Source: an uncultured Candidatus Cloacimonadota bacterium (GTDB lineage: Bacteria; Cloacimonadota; Cloacimonadia; Cloacimonadales; TCS61). Taken from it: 64,000 nt of DNA. Of the stretch, positions 17,668-26,027 are shown in pieces. Under the pieces are notes generated by a model. The model was not told where the DNA came from. It saw only the letters and a program-made list of their open reading frames with translations, and searched no databases. Position 1 is the stretch's first letter. The number at the start of each line of letters is the position of its first letter. Both the position numbers and the translations under genes were made by a program. Location of the stretch: NCBI GenBank assembly GCA_964433675.1, contig CAYSSJ010000006.1, positions 62,656 through 126,655 on the forward strand, in the 5' to 3' direction.

Positions 17668-17964
17668 TTATTTCTCAAGTGAATTTCTAAAATCATTAGC
17701 TCTTTTGTAGAAATCTTCATCTTCACCAAATTCCATAATTCTTGCCACTTTTCCGTTACAAACTTTACAGTTTCCTACAATCATAATATCATTTAGAGAA
17801 TCCAATACATATTCTTTGATTTCTATTCCTTTTTCGCAAATACCTCTACAAGTAGAACAATAAACATTATGATTCACGATGAAGTCCAAACTTTTTTTTT
17901 GCTTATAATTTAGTAATATGTTAAGCTGAAACTTATTAATCCTAATTTCTTTCGGCCTTTTCAT
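17668..17964 (-). CDS. small zinc-ribbon-like protein (copy 2 of 2)
   Basis: 98 aa. Differs from copy 1 at only 6 residues: K8R, L9I, A16I, D20Y in the N-terminal 20, then one residue three from the C-terminus (K to E). Confidence 0.65.
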   Translation of the reverse strand: MKRPKEIRINKFQLNILLNYKQKKSLDFIVNHNVYCSTCRGICEKGIEIKEYVLDSLNDIMIVGNCKVCNGKVARIMEFGEDEDFYKRANDFRNSLEK

Positions 17965-17982
17965 TATATCTCCTTTGGCAAA

Positions 17983-18092
17983 TTATGGCTCATCTAAATT
18001 TTTAGTTGATACATTTTTAGTTTTCAAGTCTGCCACCATAATTCTGCATCTTTTTCCCCTTGTCACCTATTTTTTTCCATTCCATATTTCAC
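17983..18092. repeat. direct repeat copy R2 (partner at 9964-10076)
   Basis: See R1. On the minus strand it lies immediately upstream of the first array gene. Confidence 0.85.
17999..18027 (-). promoter_or_regulatory. candidate sigma70-type promoter for the cassette array
   Basis: Minus strand has TTGAAA (18027-18022), a 17-nt spacer, then TAAAAA (18004-17999), about 35 nt upstream of the ATG at 17964. The -10 is weak. Confidence 0.3.
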
Positions 18093-18822
18093 ACTGCTAT
18101 AGCAACTTACACTAAAATATTTTCATCCGCTTTTCGCAAGTAAATACAGCTTCGCCTCGTGACTTGCACAAATTTTTTGAAAAAACAGACATCTTCCAAA
18201 AAACTGTGAAGACGAGAATTGGGGCACTGGTAATTCTGCCAAAATAAATGTCAATCATTTTCTTTCTGTATAACATCCGAGAGAATTTAACTGCCGAAAG
18301 CACTTAGAGCTGAAAGCAGTTTTAAGTGATGAGTAATGAGTTTTTGAGAGAAGCAGGAAGAAAACTTAGCTAAAAGCTATAAGCTATAAGGGATAGGTGA
18401 TCCTTCTTCGCCTAACAGGCTTCGAAGGACACTGTATGTGATGCGGAAAGACAGGCGTAATGACGTACATGTGTCGCCCTGCCTGCCATTTCGTAGTAAA
18501 ACGAAGGATGGAGTGATCCCGATTTTTCGGGATTGTATCGAAGGGTGACAAATAAAATACCGCACTTACTAAGTTCACACTTCGATACGCTCCGGCTTAC
18601 GCCGAAGCTACTCAGTGTGACAAGCTTCTGACCTCTAAACCCTAAACTCTAAACTGCATCCTTGTCCTCCGTAGCCTCCCGAAGCATTTGCGAAGGGAGG
18701 CGAAGGAGGATTGCTACTCTTCCAATAAATCCTATTCTCCCAGCGCTCATCTGCAAAAATCGTTTGACATATATGACAAGAAACTTATTTGTTGATAAAT
18801 TCTAAGAATTAAGGAGAATGTT

Positions 18823-20283
18823 ATGGATGGGAAACAGCGTTATTTGAAAGCGGCAAAAGAGGCGATGGCGTGGATGCAAGAACAACGAGTTAAGATGCGA
18901 AAGTGTAAATTCGACACTATTGCGGTGCATGGACTTTATTCTATGCAAGAAGCATTGGATTTCAATCAGGGTTCTATCATCGAGCCTATATATTTATCTA
19001 CTTCCCAGGGTTATAGAGATGCAGATGAGATGGAGCTGGCTCTGGATTATCAGATCCCCACTTGGTGCTATGCTCGCATCGCCAATCCGAGTATGTATTA
19101 TTTAGAAGGTTTGCTGGCACTTTTGGAAGAGTACAAATCCGGCATGGAGTCCTCTTGTCTGGTTACATCTTCCGGTATGTCTGCTATCCGAGCGGTAGTA
19201 GAGGAATTTCTTCATCCCGATCCAAACGATCCTTCCCGTCCGCGCAATTTTGTAGCTACTTCTCAGGTTTACGGCGGCACCTATCAGCTTTTCTCCGTGC
19301 GCAAGGAAGCCGAAGGCGGCTGCGAATGGCGCAAAGTGATAAATTCTAATGACATCAACGAATGGGAATCTCTCATCGATGAGAATACACGTTTTCTCTA
19401 TGGTGAGTTACCGAGTAACCCGACATTGGCTTTCTTTGATATAGAGCAAGTAGCCGCTGTGGCGCACAAGCACGGCATTCCGCTCATTGTAGATTCCACC
19501 GTTGCTACTCCAGCTCTGATGCGTCCGCTGGCACATGGCGCTGATATTGTTATTCATTCTGTTACCAAATCACTCTGCTCTGCCGGTTTTGCCACTGCCG
19601 GAGCTATCATAGCTCGCAAGAATATCCCCGCACGAGTAGATAATGACAACCTGAAAGCCGATTTCTGTACCTATCTCAAACTGCTCCCCGGTCGCGATTA
19701 TGGTGCCAATCTCTCCCCTATCGTCTGTAATCTGATCATAAACGAAGTTCGCACTATCAGGATGAAAATGGATGCTATGTCCGATAATACCATGAAAGTC
19801 GCGGAGTACTTGGCAAAACACAAACATATCGAAAAAGTTAATTATCTCGGCTTAGAGAATCATGACCTGCACCAAGTCGCTAAAAAGTATATGTACCTTG
19901 TCGATGCCGAACATGACGATAAATATGGTAAGCCGATTAACCGTTATGGACATCTGATGTCTTTCGAAGTAAAAGGTGGAGCCGAGAATGCACGCATAGT
20001 TTTCGATAATCTCAGCACTATCTGGCGCGCTACCGATCTGGGCAGGATCAAATCCGTAGCTACCATCCCAGCTATCTCGACTCATTCACAGCAAGGTGAA
20101 GAGGGCAGAAAACTTGCCGCTATCCCGTCCAACCTGATAAGATTGAGTGTAGGTGCCGAACATCCGGACGATACCATAAAAGACCTCGAAAAAGCCTTAG
20201 CCGTCTTAGACGGTAAAAAACTAAAACACGACTCTCCGAACTATTCCGCCGGTGGAGCTTCGTCCGCAAGATTAAGAAAATAA
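18823..20283 (+). CDS. Cys/Met-metabolism PLP-dependent enzyme, O-acyl/phospho-homoserine sulfhydrylase-like
   Basis: 486 aa. Carries 'KFDTIAVHG', 'SSGMSAI' and a PLP-lysine block 'HSVTKSL'. RBS AAGGAG is 7 nt upstream. It is longer than a typical MetY (about 430 aa). Confidence 0.7.
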   Translation: MDGKQRYLKAAKEAMAWMQEQRVKMRKCKFDTIAVHGLYSMQEALDFNQGSIIEPIYLSTSQGYRDADEMELALDYQIPTWCYARIANPSMYYLEGLLALLEEYKSGMESSCLVTSSGMSAIRAVVEEFLHPDPNDPSRPRNFVATSQVYGGTYQLFSVRKEAEGGCEWRKVINSNDINEWESLIDENTRFLYGELPSNPTLAFFDIEQVAAVAHKHGIPLIVDSTVATPALMRPLAHGADIVIHSVTKSLCSAGFATAGAIIARKNIPARVDNDNLKADFCTYLKLLPGRDYGANLSPIVCNLIINEVRTIRMKMDAMSDNTMKVAEYLAKHKHIEKVNYLGLENHDLHQVAKKYMYLVDAEHDDKYGKPINRYGHLMSFEVKGGAENARIVFDNLSTIWRATDLGRIKSVATIPAISTHSQQGEEGRKLAAIPSNLIRLSVGAEHPDDTIKDLEKALAVLDGKKLKHDSPNYSAGGASSARLRK

Positions 20284-20299
20284 GACATGGAGAGCATAG

Positions 20300-21652
20300 A
20301 TGCTTTATTATTCCACTAACAAAAAGGCAGCCAAAGTCCGCTTCCCCGACGCTTTGCTAAAAGGCTTAGCTGAAGATGGCGGGCTTTATATGCCCGAATC
20401 TATCCCATCGATAGATATTTCCGAAATCAGAGCTATGAAAGATATGGACTATACCGATATCGCTTTTAGAGTGGTAAACAAATTCCTCGCCGATGAGATA
20501 CCGGACGCCGAGCTTAAACGCCTTATCGATGATGCCTACAACTATGCTGTCCCGTTGGAAAAGGTGACAGAGAGACAATATGTGATGCGACTCGATCAGG
20601 GTCCTACCGCTTCCTTCAAAGATTTTGCCGCCAGATTGATGGGCAGATTGATGCAATATTATCTGAAGATAAATAACCGCGAACTGCTCATTCTCACTGC
20701 CACTTCGGGTGATACAGGTAGCGCTATCGCAAATGCATTTTACGGGTTGGATAACATCAAGGTAGTAGTCCTCTTCCCCAAACTTGAAGTTACAGCCAGA
20801 CAGCGCAAACAGATGACCACTCTCGGCAGGAATATCGAGATCATCTCGATAGAAGGGAAATTCGATGACTGTCAAGCTCTGGTCAAACGTGCCTTCAGAG
20901 ACCCGAAGTTGGAACATCTGGGACTATCGTCTGCAAATTCTATCAATATCGGAAGACTCCTGCCGCAGACTGTATACTACTTCTATGCCTATGCCAAGCT
21001 ATTCGAGCAACATTCTGAAGAGATCGTCTTTAGTGTGGCATCGGGTAATTTCGGTGATTTGATGGGTGGGTTGATAGCCAAACAGATGGGACTGCCGATA
21101 CACAGATTCGTCGTAGCTACCAATGAAAACGACGAATTCCCACGCTATGTGGAAACCGGTAAGTATCAGACCATCTCCCCATCCAAAAACTGTATTTCCA
21201 GTGCGATGAATGTGGGGCATCCCAGCAATGTGGCACGGCTTATCGACCTCTATGACGGTGATATGAACGAAAATGGAGAAATTCTGAAACAAGCGGACTT
21301 AAACAAGATCAGGCGGGATATATATGCTGTCAGCATCACTGATAAGAAGACGGAAGCTACTATCAGCAGCGAATGGAAAAAGCATAAACTCTTGTTGGAA
21401 CCGCATGGAGCTGCGGGTTGGGCCGGTCTGATGCACTATCTAAAAGAGCATCCACAAGAACAAAAGCGTCTCTGTGTATCGCTGGAGACTGCTCATCCGG
21501 CTAAATTCCCCGAAAAGATCCGTGAATTGCTTCAGTTCGATCCCCAGCTACCACCTTCCCTCAAAGGTTTGGAAGAAAAAGAGGAGTTCATCGTAGCGAT
21601 GGATTTTGACTATCATTCTTTTGCAAATTATCTTTTGGAGAATTATTCATGA
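20300..21652 (+). CDS. thrC: threonine synthase
   Basis: 450 aa. 'GPTASFKDFAARLM' is the PLP-Lys motif as in E. coli ThrC ('..FKDFG'). Also has 'SGDTGSA' and 'SANSINIGRLLPQ'. Confidence 0.85.
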   Translation: MLYYSTNKKAAKVRFPDALLKGLAEDGGLYMPESIPSIDISEIRAMKDMDYTDIAFRVVNKFLADEIPDAELKRLIDDAYNYAVPLEKVTERQYVMRLDQGPTASFKDFAARLMGRLMQYYLKINNRELLILTATSGDTGSAIANAFYGLDNIKVVVLFPKLEVTARQRKQMTTLGRNIEIISIEGKFDDCQALVKRAFRDPKLEHLGLSSANSINIGRLLPQTVYYFYAYAKLFEQHSEEIVFSVASGNFGDLMGGLIAKQMGLPIHRFVVATNENDEFPRYVETGKYQTISPSKNCISSAMNVGHPSNVARLIDLYDGDMNENGEILKQADLNKIRRDIYAVSITDKKTEATISSEWKKHKLLLEPHGAAGWAGLMHYLKEHPQEQKRLCVSLETAHPAKFPEKIRELLQFDPQLPPSLKGLEEKEEFIVAMDFDYHSFANYLLENYS

Positions 21653-22851
21653 AATCTATAATCATACTCGGAGACGGAATGGCGGATTATCGTATCGAAA
21701 CTCTTGAGAACAAGACACCGCTGATGGCAGCCGAAAAACCAAATATAGATAAATTGGCTAAACTCGGAGCTAGCGGTTTACTGAAGACGGTGCCGGACGA
21801 TATGCCCCCCGGCTCGGAAGTGGCTAATATGGCAGTTTTGGGCTATGATGTGCAAAAAGTCTATCAAGGTAGAGGTGTGTTGGAAGCAGCAGCTATGGGA
21901 GTAGAGTTGCATGCCGATGATCTGGCTATGCGTTGCAATCTGATCTGTCTGCAAGGTAAGAACATCAAAAACCACTCTGCCGGACATATATCAACCGAAG
22001 AAGCACATGAACTGATCGAAGCTCTGAATTACGAATTTGAAGACGATGACATCCGCTTTTACCCTGGTGTGAGCTATCGGCATCTGCTGGTGCTCAAGCA
22101 GGGTAATCCTAATATAAAACTCACACCGCCACACGATGTGCCCGGCAAACCTTGGCGCGAGTATCTGCCACAAGCAAAAGCGGATGAAGCAGATTCAACC
22201 GCCAAACTGCTTACCGATCTTATCCTGCGCTCACATGCTGTTTTGGAAGACCATCCCATAAATAAAAAGCGACGGGCTAACGGTAAAGATCCGGCGAATT
22301 CAGTTTGGTTCTGGTCGGCAGGCACAAAACCACAGATGCAGACCTACCAAGAGATGTATGGCAAAAGCGGAGCTGTGATCTCAGCAGTCGATCTGCTCCA
22401 CGGAATCGGAGTTTATGCCGGTTTCAAAGTGATCCATGTGGAAGGCGCTACCGGACTTTATGATACGAATTATGAAGGGAAAGTTAAAGCTGCTCTGGAA
22501 GCATTAGAAGAAGTGGATCTAATCTATCTGCATATCGAAGCAGCCGATGAAGCCGGACACGAAGGTGATGCCGAGCTGAAAGTGAAATGCATCGAAGCTC
22601 TCGACCAGAGAGTGGTAAAACCGATAATGCAAGCTACCATAAACGGACATGAACCGATAGCTATCGCTCTGTTGCCCGACCATCCCACTCCCTGCTCGCT
22701 TCGAACCCATACCCACGATCCGGTGCCTTTCGTTATCTACAAACCCGGCACACCGACCGATAGTGTGGAACACTACGACGAGGAAAGCGTGAAAAACGGT
22801 GCCTATGGACTAATAGAAAACGGCGAGTTTATCAGGAAATTGTTTGAATAG
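21649..22851 (+). CDS. ApgM-like metalloenzyme, proposed non-orthologous homoserine kinase (TIGR02535-type)
   Basis: 400 aa. 'IIILGDGMAD', 'HIEAADEAGHEGD' and 'LLPDHPTP' are alkaline-phosphatase-superfamily motifs. It has a 4-nt overlap with thrC. Confidence 0.65.
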   Translation: MKSIIILGDGMADYRIETLENKTPLMAAEKPNIDKLAKLGASGLLKTVPDDMPPGSEVANMAVLGYDVQKVYQGRGVLEAAAMGVELHADDLAMRCNLICLQGKNIKNHSAGHISTEEAHELIEALNYEFEDDDIRFYPGVSYRHLLVLKQGNPNIKLTPPHDVPGKPWREYLPQAKADEADSTAKLLTDLILRSHAVLEDHPINKKRRANGKDPANSVWFWSAGTKPQMQTYQEMYGKSGAVISAVDLLHGIGVYAGFKVIHVEGATGLYDTNYEGKVKAALEALEEVDLIYLHIEAADEAGHEGDAELKVKCIEALDQRVVKPIMQATINGHEPIAIALLPDHPTPCSLRTHTHDPVPFVIYKPGTPTDSVEHYDEESVKNGAYGLIENGEFIRKLFE

Positions 22852-22960
22852 ACAGGAATTCACCATCTATCAGAACAATTTTACCAAATCTCAAAGTTTA
22901 CATAATATGATTATCGGCGGGAGCGAGATTTTCTGATCGATTCAAATATCTTCCGGTCTC

Positions 22961-23734
22961 TCATTCTTCTGATAAAGAAGTCTCAGCCTCCTTCCATTTC
23001 CTCTGAATCTTCATCAAACCCCACAAACCGACTAATGCTAAGAAGACAAAGACAAGCTCCAATATCCACCAACCTGTCATGGTTAGCTCATCCACTCCGT
23101 AAGCCAAATGAATGTAGGCAGCAATGGCATCAACCACCGTTTTATATAGAAATGAGAGCCAGAACCATTTCCACATTTTGGTGATGAAAGCATAGACTAT
23201 CAATATAGTGGAAAAGAGATGAATGACGATAGCCGCCGCTCTTTCTACGATCGGTATTGGTATATGCCACAATGACTCAGGCGGGCGGATAGCTTCCAAA
23301 ACATCTTGCGGTAAAACCTCCGGAAAGAATGCTACCAGAGACACGCTAATTAATGATCCTAGTCCCAGAAGTAAAGCTTCTACTGCCCCAAATCCGATGC
23401 CATACCCGACAGCATCTTCCCAATTTGCTTTCCTCAAACTGCTAACAACATAAATCAATCCCAGTACAATACCACACTCGAATATCCCTGTTAATAGCCC
23501 CACATAGATCCAAGCCAAAGGTCCGGCTAAACCGACAGGAAGTTGATTTTCCAAAAAATTGATGATCGGCGCATTCAGAGATACTGCCCAAGCGAATTTT
23601 AATGCTACGGCTATTATCCACGCCAAAGCTCCCCAGCTGAAATATTTATAGGCAGTGTTTTTTTTCCAATAAAGAATTGGGAATAGTGCAACTATGATCA
23701 TGCCGATCCCGGATAATAGAAATAACTGATCCAT
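22961..23734 (-). CDS. YhfC-like intramembrane protease family membrane protein
   Basis: 257 aa with about 7 TM helices. Has conserved-looking 'FECGIV', 'GAVEALLLG' and 'VERAAAIVIH'. The assignment is tentative. Confidence 0.4.
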   Translation of the reverse strand: MDQLFLLSGIGMIIVALFPILYWKKNTAYKYFSWGALAWIIAVALKFAWAVSLNAPIINFLENQLPVGLAGPLAWIYVGLLTGIFECGIVLGLIYVVSSLRKANWEDAVGYGIGFGAVEALLLGLGSLISVSLVAFFPEVLPQDVLEAIRPPESLWHIPIPIVERAAAIVIHLFSTILIVYAFITKMWKWFWLSFLYKTVVDAIAAYIHLAYGVDELTMTGWWILELVFVFLALVGLWGLMKIQRKWKEAETSLSEE

Positions 23735-23779
23735 ATTATCAATCTCCTTATCTTACTTGCAAATCTTATCTTTTTCTAC

Positions 23780-24229
23780 TCAATATCCATACACTCCCCG
23801 ATTGAGTCCGTCACGGATAGCAGAGATGATCTTCGAGCTTCTGATAGTTGCGCTGGTATAGCCCGCTACTTCTGTGCGGACAATATCTTCCGGACTGTAA
23901 AGATCTCTCAGGTGAACATTGATATCTTTGCCGATCAGATGCTCCAGCGCTTCCTTGTATTGCTGTATCACCGATTTGTACGGTTCCTGCTCGGCTTCCA
24001 GATGATAATTATCATCACGCCTAAGATACCTAAATCCTGCTGCTGTAACGATATTGTCTTCGAGTGTAAACTGCACATTCACCTGAATTGCATCTTTGTC
24101 GATAAACACTCCCCGATAGGTACCGTCTTCATAATCATACGCTATTTCTCTTTGAGCCGGGCGAACGATTAAAAAGACCACCAGCGCTATCAATATGATC
24201 ACTACGAGCATTCCTAATCCTTGTTTCAT
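23780..24229 (-). CDS. membrane-anchored FMN-binding-domain-like protein
   Basis: 149 aa with an N-terminal TM. 'DGTYRG...V.V.F' and C-terminal 'VAGYTSATIRSSKIISAIRDGL' resemble FMN_bind ('..SGATxSS..i..Av'). Tentative. Confidence 0.35.
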   Translation of the reverse strand: MKQGLGMLVVIILIALVVFLIVRPAQREIAYDYEDGTYRGVFIDKDAIQVNVQFTLEDNIVTAAGFRYLRRDDNYHLEAEQEPYKSVIQQYKEALEHLIGKDINVHLRDLYSPEDIVRTEVAGYTSATIRSSKIISAIRDGLNRGVYGY

Positions 24230-24259
24230 AACTATTCCTCCTTTATCATTGATCTCACT

Positions 24260-24730
24260 CTAATTCAAATAAGCAATGGCGAAATTTAGCACTGCTGCGA
24301 AACTCACCCAAAGGATATAAGGAACCAGCAGATAAGCGGCAAGTTTTTGTAAGCGGTAGAAGTATTTTATCGTCAGCGCTATCAATATCCAAAGCACGAT
24401 GATCTCCGCAAAGGCAAGCCAGGTAAGTTTCAAGCCGAAGAAGATGATCGACCAGAGGGCATTTAGCACTAACTGTATGATGAAAAAAGTGATTGCCAGT
24501 TTTTTAGTCTGTCCGCGCTCAGCTTTCTGCCAGACGAGATACAGCGCTATCCCGATCAGCAAGTATAGCAAAGTCCACACCGGTGCAAACAGCCAATCGG
24601 GCGGATTGAACACCGGTTTTTCTAATGTCGGATACCAGTTTGCCACCGCCGGTGCGGTAAAAAGCGAGCCGATCACACCGGCAAGCTGACATACCACTAT
24701 CGCTATCAACAGTTTGATAATTTTCGGCAT
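24260..24730 (-). CDS. tspO: TspO/MBR tryptophan-rich sensory protein
   Basis: 156 aa with 5 TM. 'WYPTLEKPVFNPPDWLFAPVWTLLY' is the TspO signature. Confidence 0.85.
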   Translation of the reverse strand: MPKIIKLLIAIVVCQLAGVIGSLFTAPAVANWYPTLEKPVFNPPDWLFAPVWTLLYLLIGIALYLVWQKAERGQTKKLAITFFIIQLVLNALWSIIFFGLKLTWLAFAEIIVLWILIALTIKYFYRLQKLAAYLLVPYILWVSFAAVLNFAIAYLN

Positions 24731-24752
24731 TTTAATCTCCTTATTCCCAAAT

Positions 24753-26027
24753 TCAGAAAGTGGTTACATCCACCAAGTTGAAATCATCACAGAGCAGAGT
24801 AGGCACTTTGGCATCATACTCTATCTGTTCCTGCTTCCCGACCGCCAATATTCGGCGGGTAAGATCGTGCAGCACTTCATTCCAGCGGAAATTATAGACC
24901 GCCTGTTTGACCTTACCATCTTCGAAATAGAGTACTCCGTCTCGGGTCAAACCTGTCCATTCTCCCGCTTTCATATCTATCGGTCGGATGTACCAGAAGC
25001 TATTGATGATGAGCCCGCGTTCTACTTTTCGCATCATCTCCTGCTCGCTCACATTGCCTCCATCTATACTGAGATTGTATATCGAGCGTGGTTCTATCCC
25101 CTGTTGTTTTGCATAAATCCTATCTGTCTGCATATTTTTTATCACACCATGATCGATCCAATCTATATTTTGGGTAGGAATGCCGTCGTTATGGAAACGA
25201 GGCGCATATAGCAGTGGATCGGTGGTTAGCGAACGCATACTGAAATTCTCTCCGAAAAAGCGCTTACCGATCTGATCGGAAAAGGCGTTTGCTCCTTCAT
25301 CAGCTTCGCGGCGCTGAAATGTCCAGACCAAGTATTTCAGCACAGAGAGCAACGCTTGCGGTCTGATGATGACCGGCAATCTTGTCGGTTCCAGTTTATG
25401 CGGCTCCTGCAGAGAATCGAACTGACCATTGAGCTGAGTGATCAGATCATCCATAGAGAAAATATCATAGTCACAAAGTGAGCGGGCGATCTTGGTTTCT
25501 ATCCCACCTTTTTTCATCGTCATAGAATGAGAAAAATATGCTTGTTCATCGTAGCCTTCAAAACCGTTTTTTGTGGTCAGATAAGTGGCTTTGATGCGCC
25601 GGTGAGAAATGCCGGCCAATTTTGCCTGTTTATTCCTCGCATTTTTGATACATTTTTCTATTCCATCGACAATATGCTCCAATTTCAGCTCTGTAGTTGC
25701 TTTGGACGGTTCTTCCAGTTCTCTGAGCTTATGAGCTTTTTCTGAGGGGACAAATTCCGGGTCCGGTTTATTCAAGCGAGCGATGTTCTGAGCTGTATCT
25801 ATCATTTTTTTCAAACTATTCTCGTCTATCTGATTCACAGCAGCGGAGCCGGTTTTATTATCGTAAGCCACATTCAGTGATAATTGCAGATTTTCACCGT
25901 CTATATGCTGCGTGATGGCATTCTGAGCGAAACGAGTATAAAGATTTTCGCTTTTGACAATATAGAGAGTATAATCATCCGCTTGGCAATGTTTATCTAC
26001 GAAAGTTGCAATATCTTTCATTTTCAT
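24753..26027 (-). CDS. PmbA/TldE-like metalloprotease modulator
   Basis: 424 aa. It lacks HExxxH, has a 4-nt overlap with the TldD gene upstream, and has a C-terminal beta-rich region typical of PmbA_TldD. Confidence 0.7.
   Translation of the reverse strand: MKMKDIATFVDKHCQADDYTLYIVKSENLYTRFAQNAITQHIDGENLQLSLNVAYDNKTGSAAVNQIDENSLKKMIDTAQNIARLNKPDPEFVPSEKAHKLRELEEPSKATTELKLEHIVDGIEKCIKNARNKQAKLAGISHRRIKATYLTTKNGFEGYDEQAYFSHSMTMKKGGIETKIARSLCDYDIFSMDDLITQLNGQFDSLQEPHKLEPTRLPVIIRPQALLSVLKYLVWTFQRREADEGANAFSDQIGKRFFGENFSMRSLTTDPLLYAPRFHNDGIPTQNIDWIDHGVIKNMQTDRIYAKQQGIEPRSIYNLSIDGGNVSEQEMMRKVERGLIINSFWYIRPIDMKAGEWTGLTRDGVLYFEDGKVKQAVYNFRWNEVLHDLTRRILAVGKQEQIEYDAKVPTLLCDDFNLVDVTTF

Larger units (their letters stand above)
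9964..18092 (-). mobile_element. integron-like gene-cassette array without integrase (CALIN-like), bounded by about 110-bp direct repeats
   Basis: All 10 ORFs are on the minus strand. The intergenic spacers carry long imperfect palindromes ending in ...AAC / GTT... boxes. Cassette ends match each other (10/10 and 17/19 nt). Spot counts on two 60-nt lines inside the block gave 25 % and 30 % G+C, versus 35 % and 48 % for two lines in the thrC/homoserine-kinase operon to the right. One cassette gene is duplicated. No tyrosine-recombinase ORF exists in the window. Confidence 0.55.

Noticed and set aside
18112-18578. Three short minus-strand ORFs (63, 62 and 64 aa) in the gene-free region, considered as possible small proteins or integrase remnants.
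   Set aside because: No RBS or plausible starts. Two of them overlap each other in different frames. Their sequences are Arg/Ser/Pro-rich translations of GC-rich hairpins. No tyrosine-recombinase motifs (R..H..R..Y context) are visible in any frame.
18640-18822. SAM riboswitch or T-box leader upstream of the metY-like/thrC operon.
   Set aside because: I could not find the conserved SAM-I core (e.g. 'TCTTATCAAGAGAGG...') or a T-box sequence. Only generic hairpins are present. An Rfam scan would be needed to exclude other classes.
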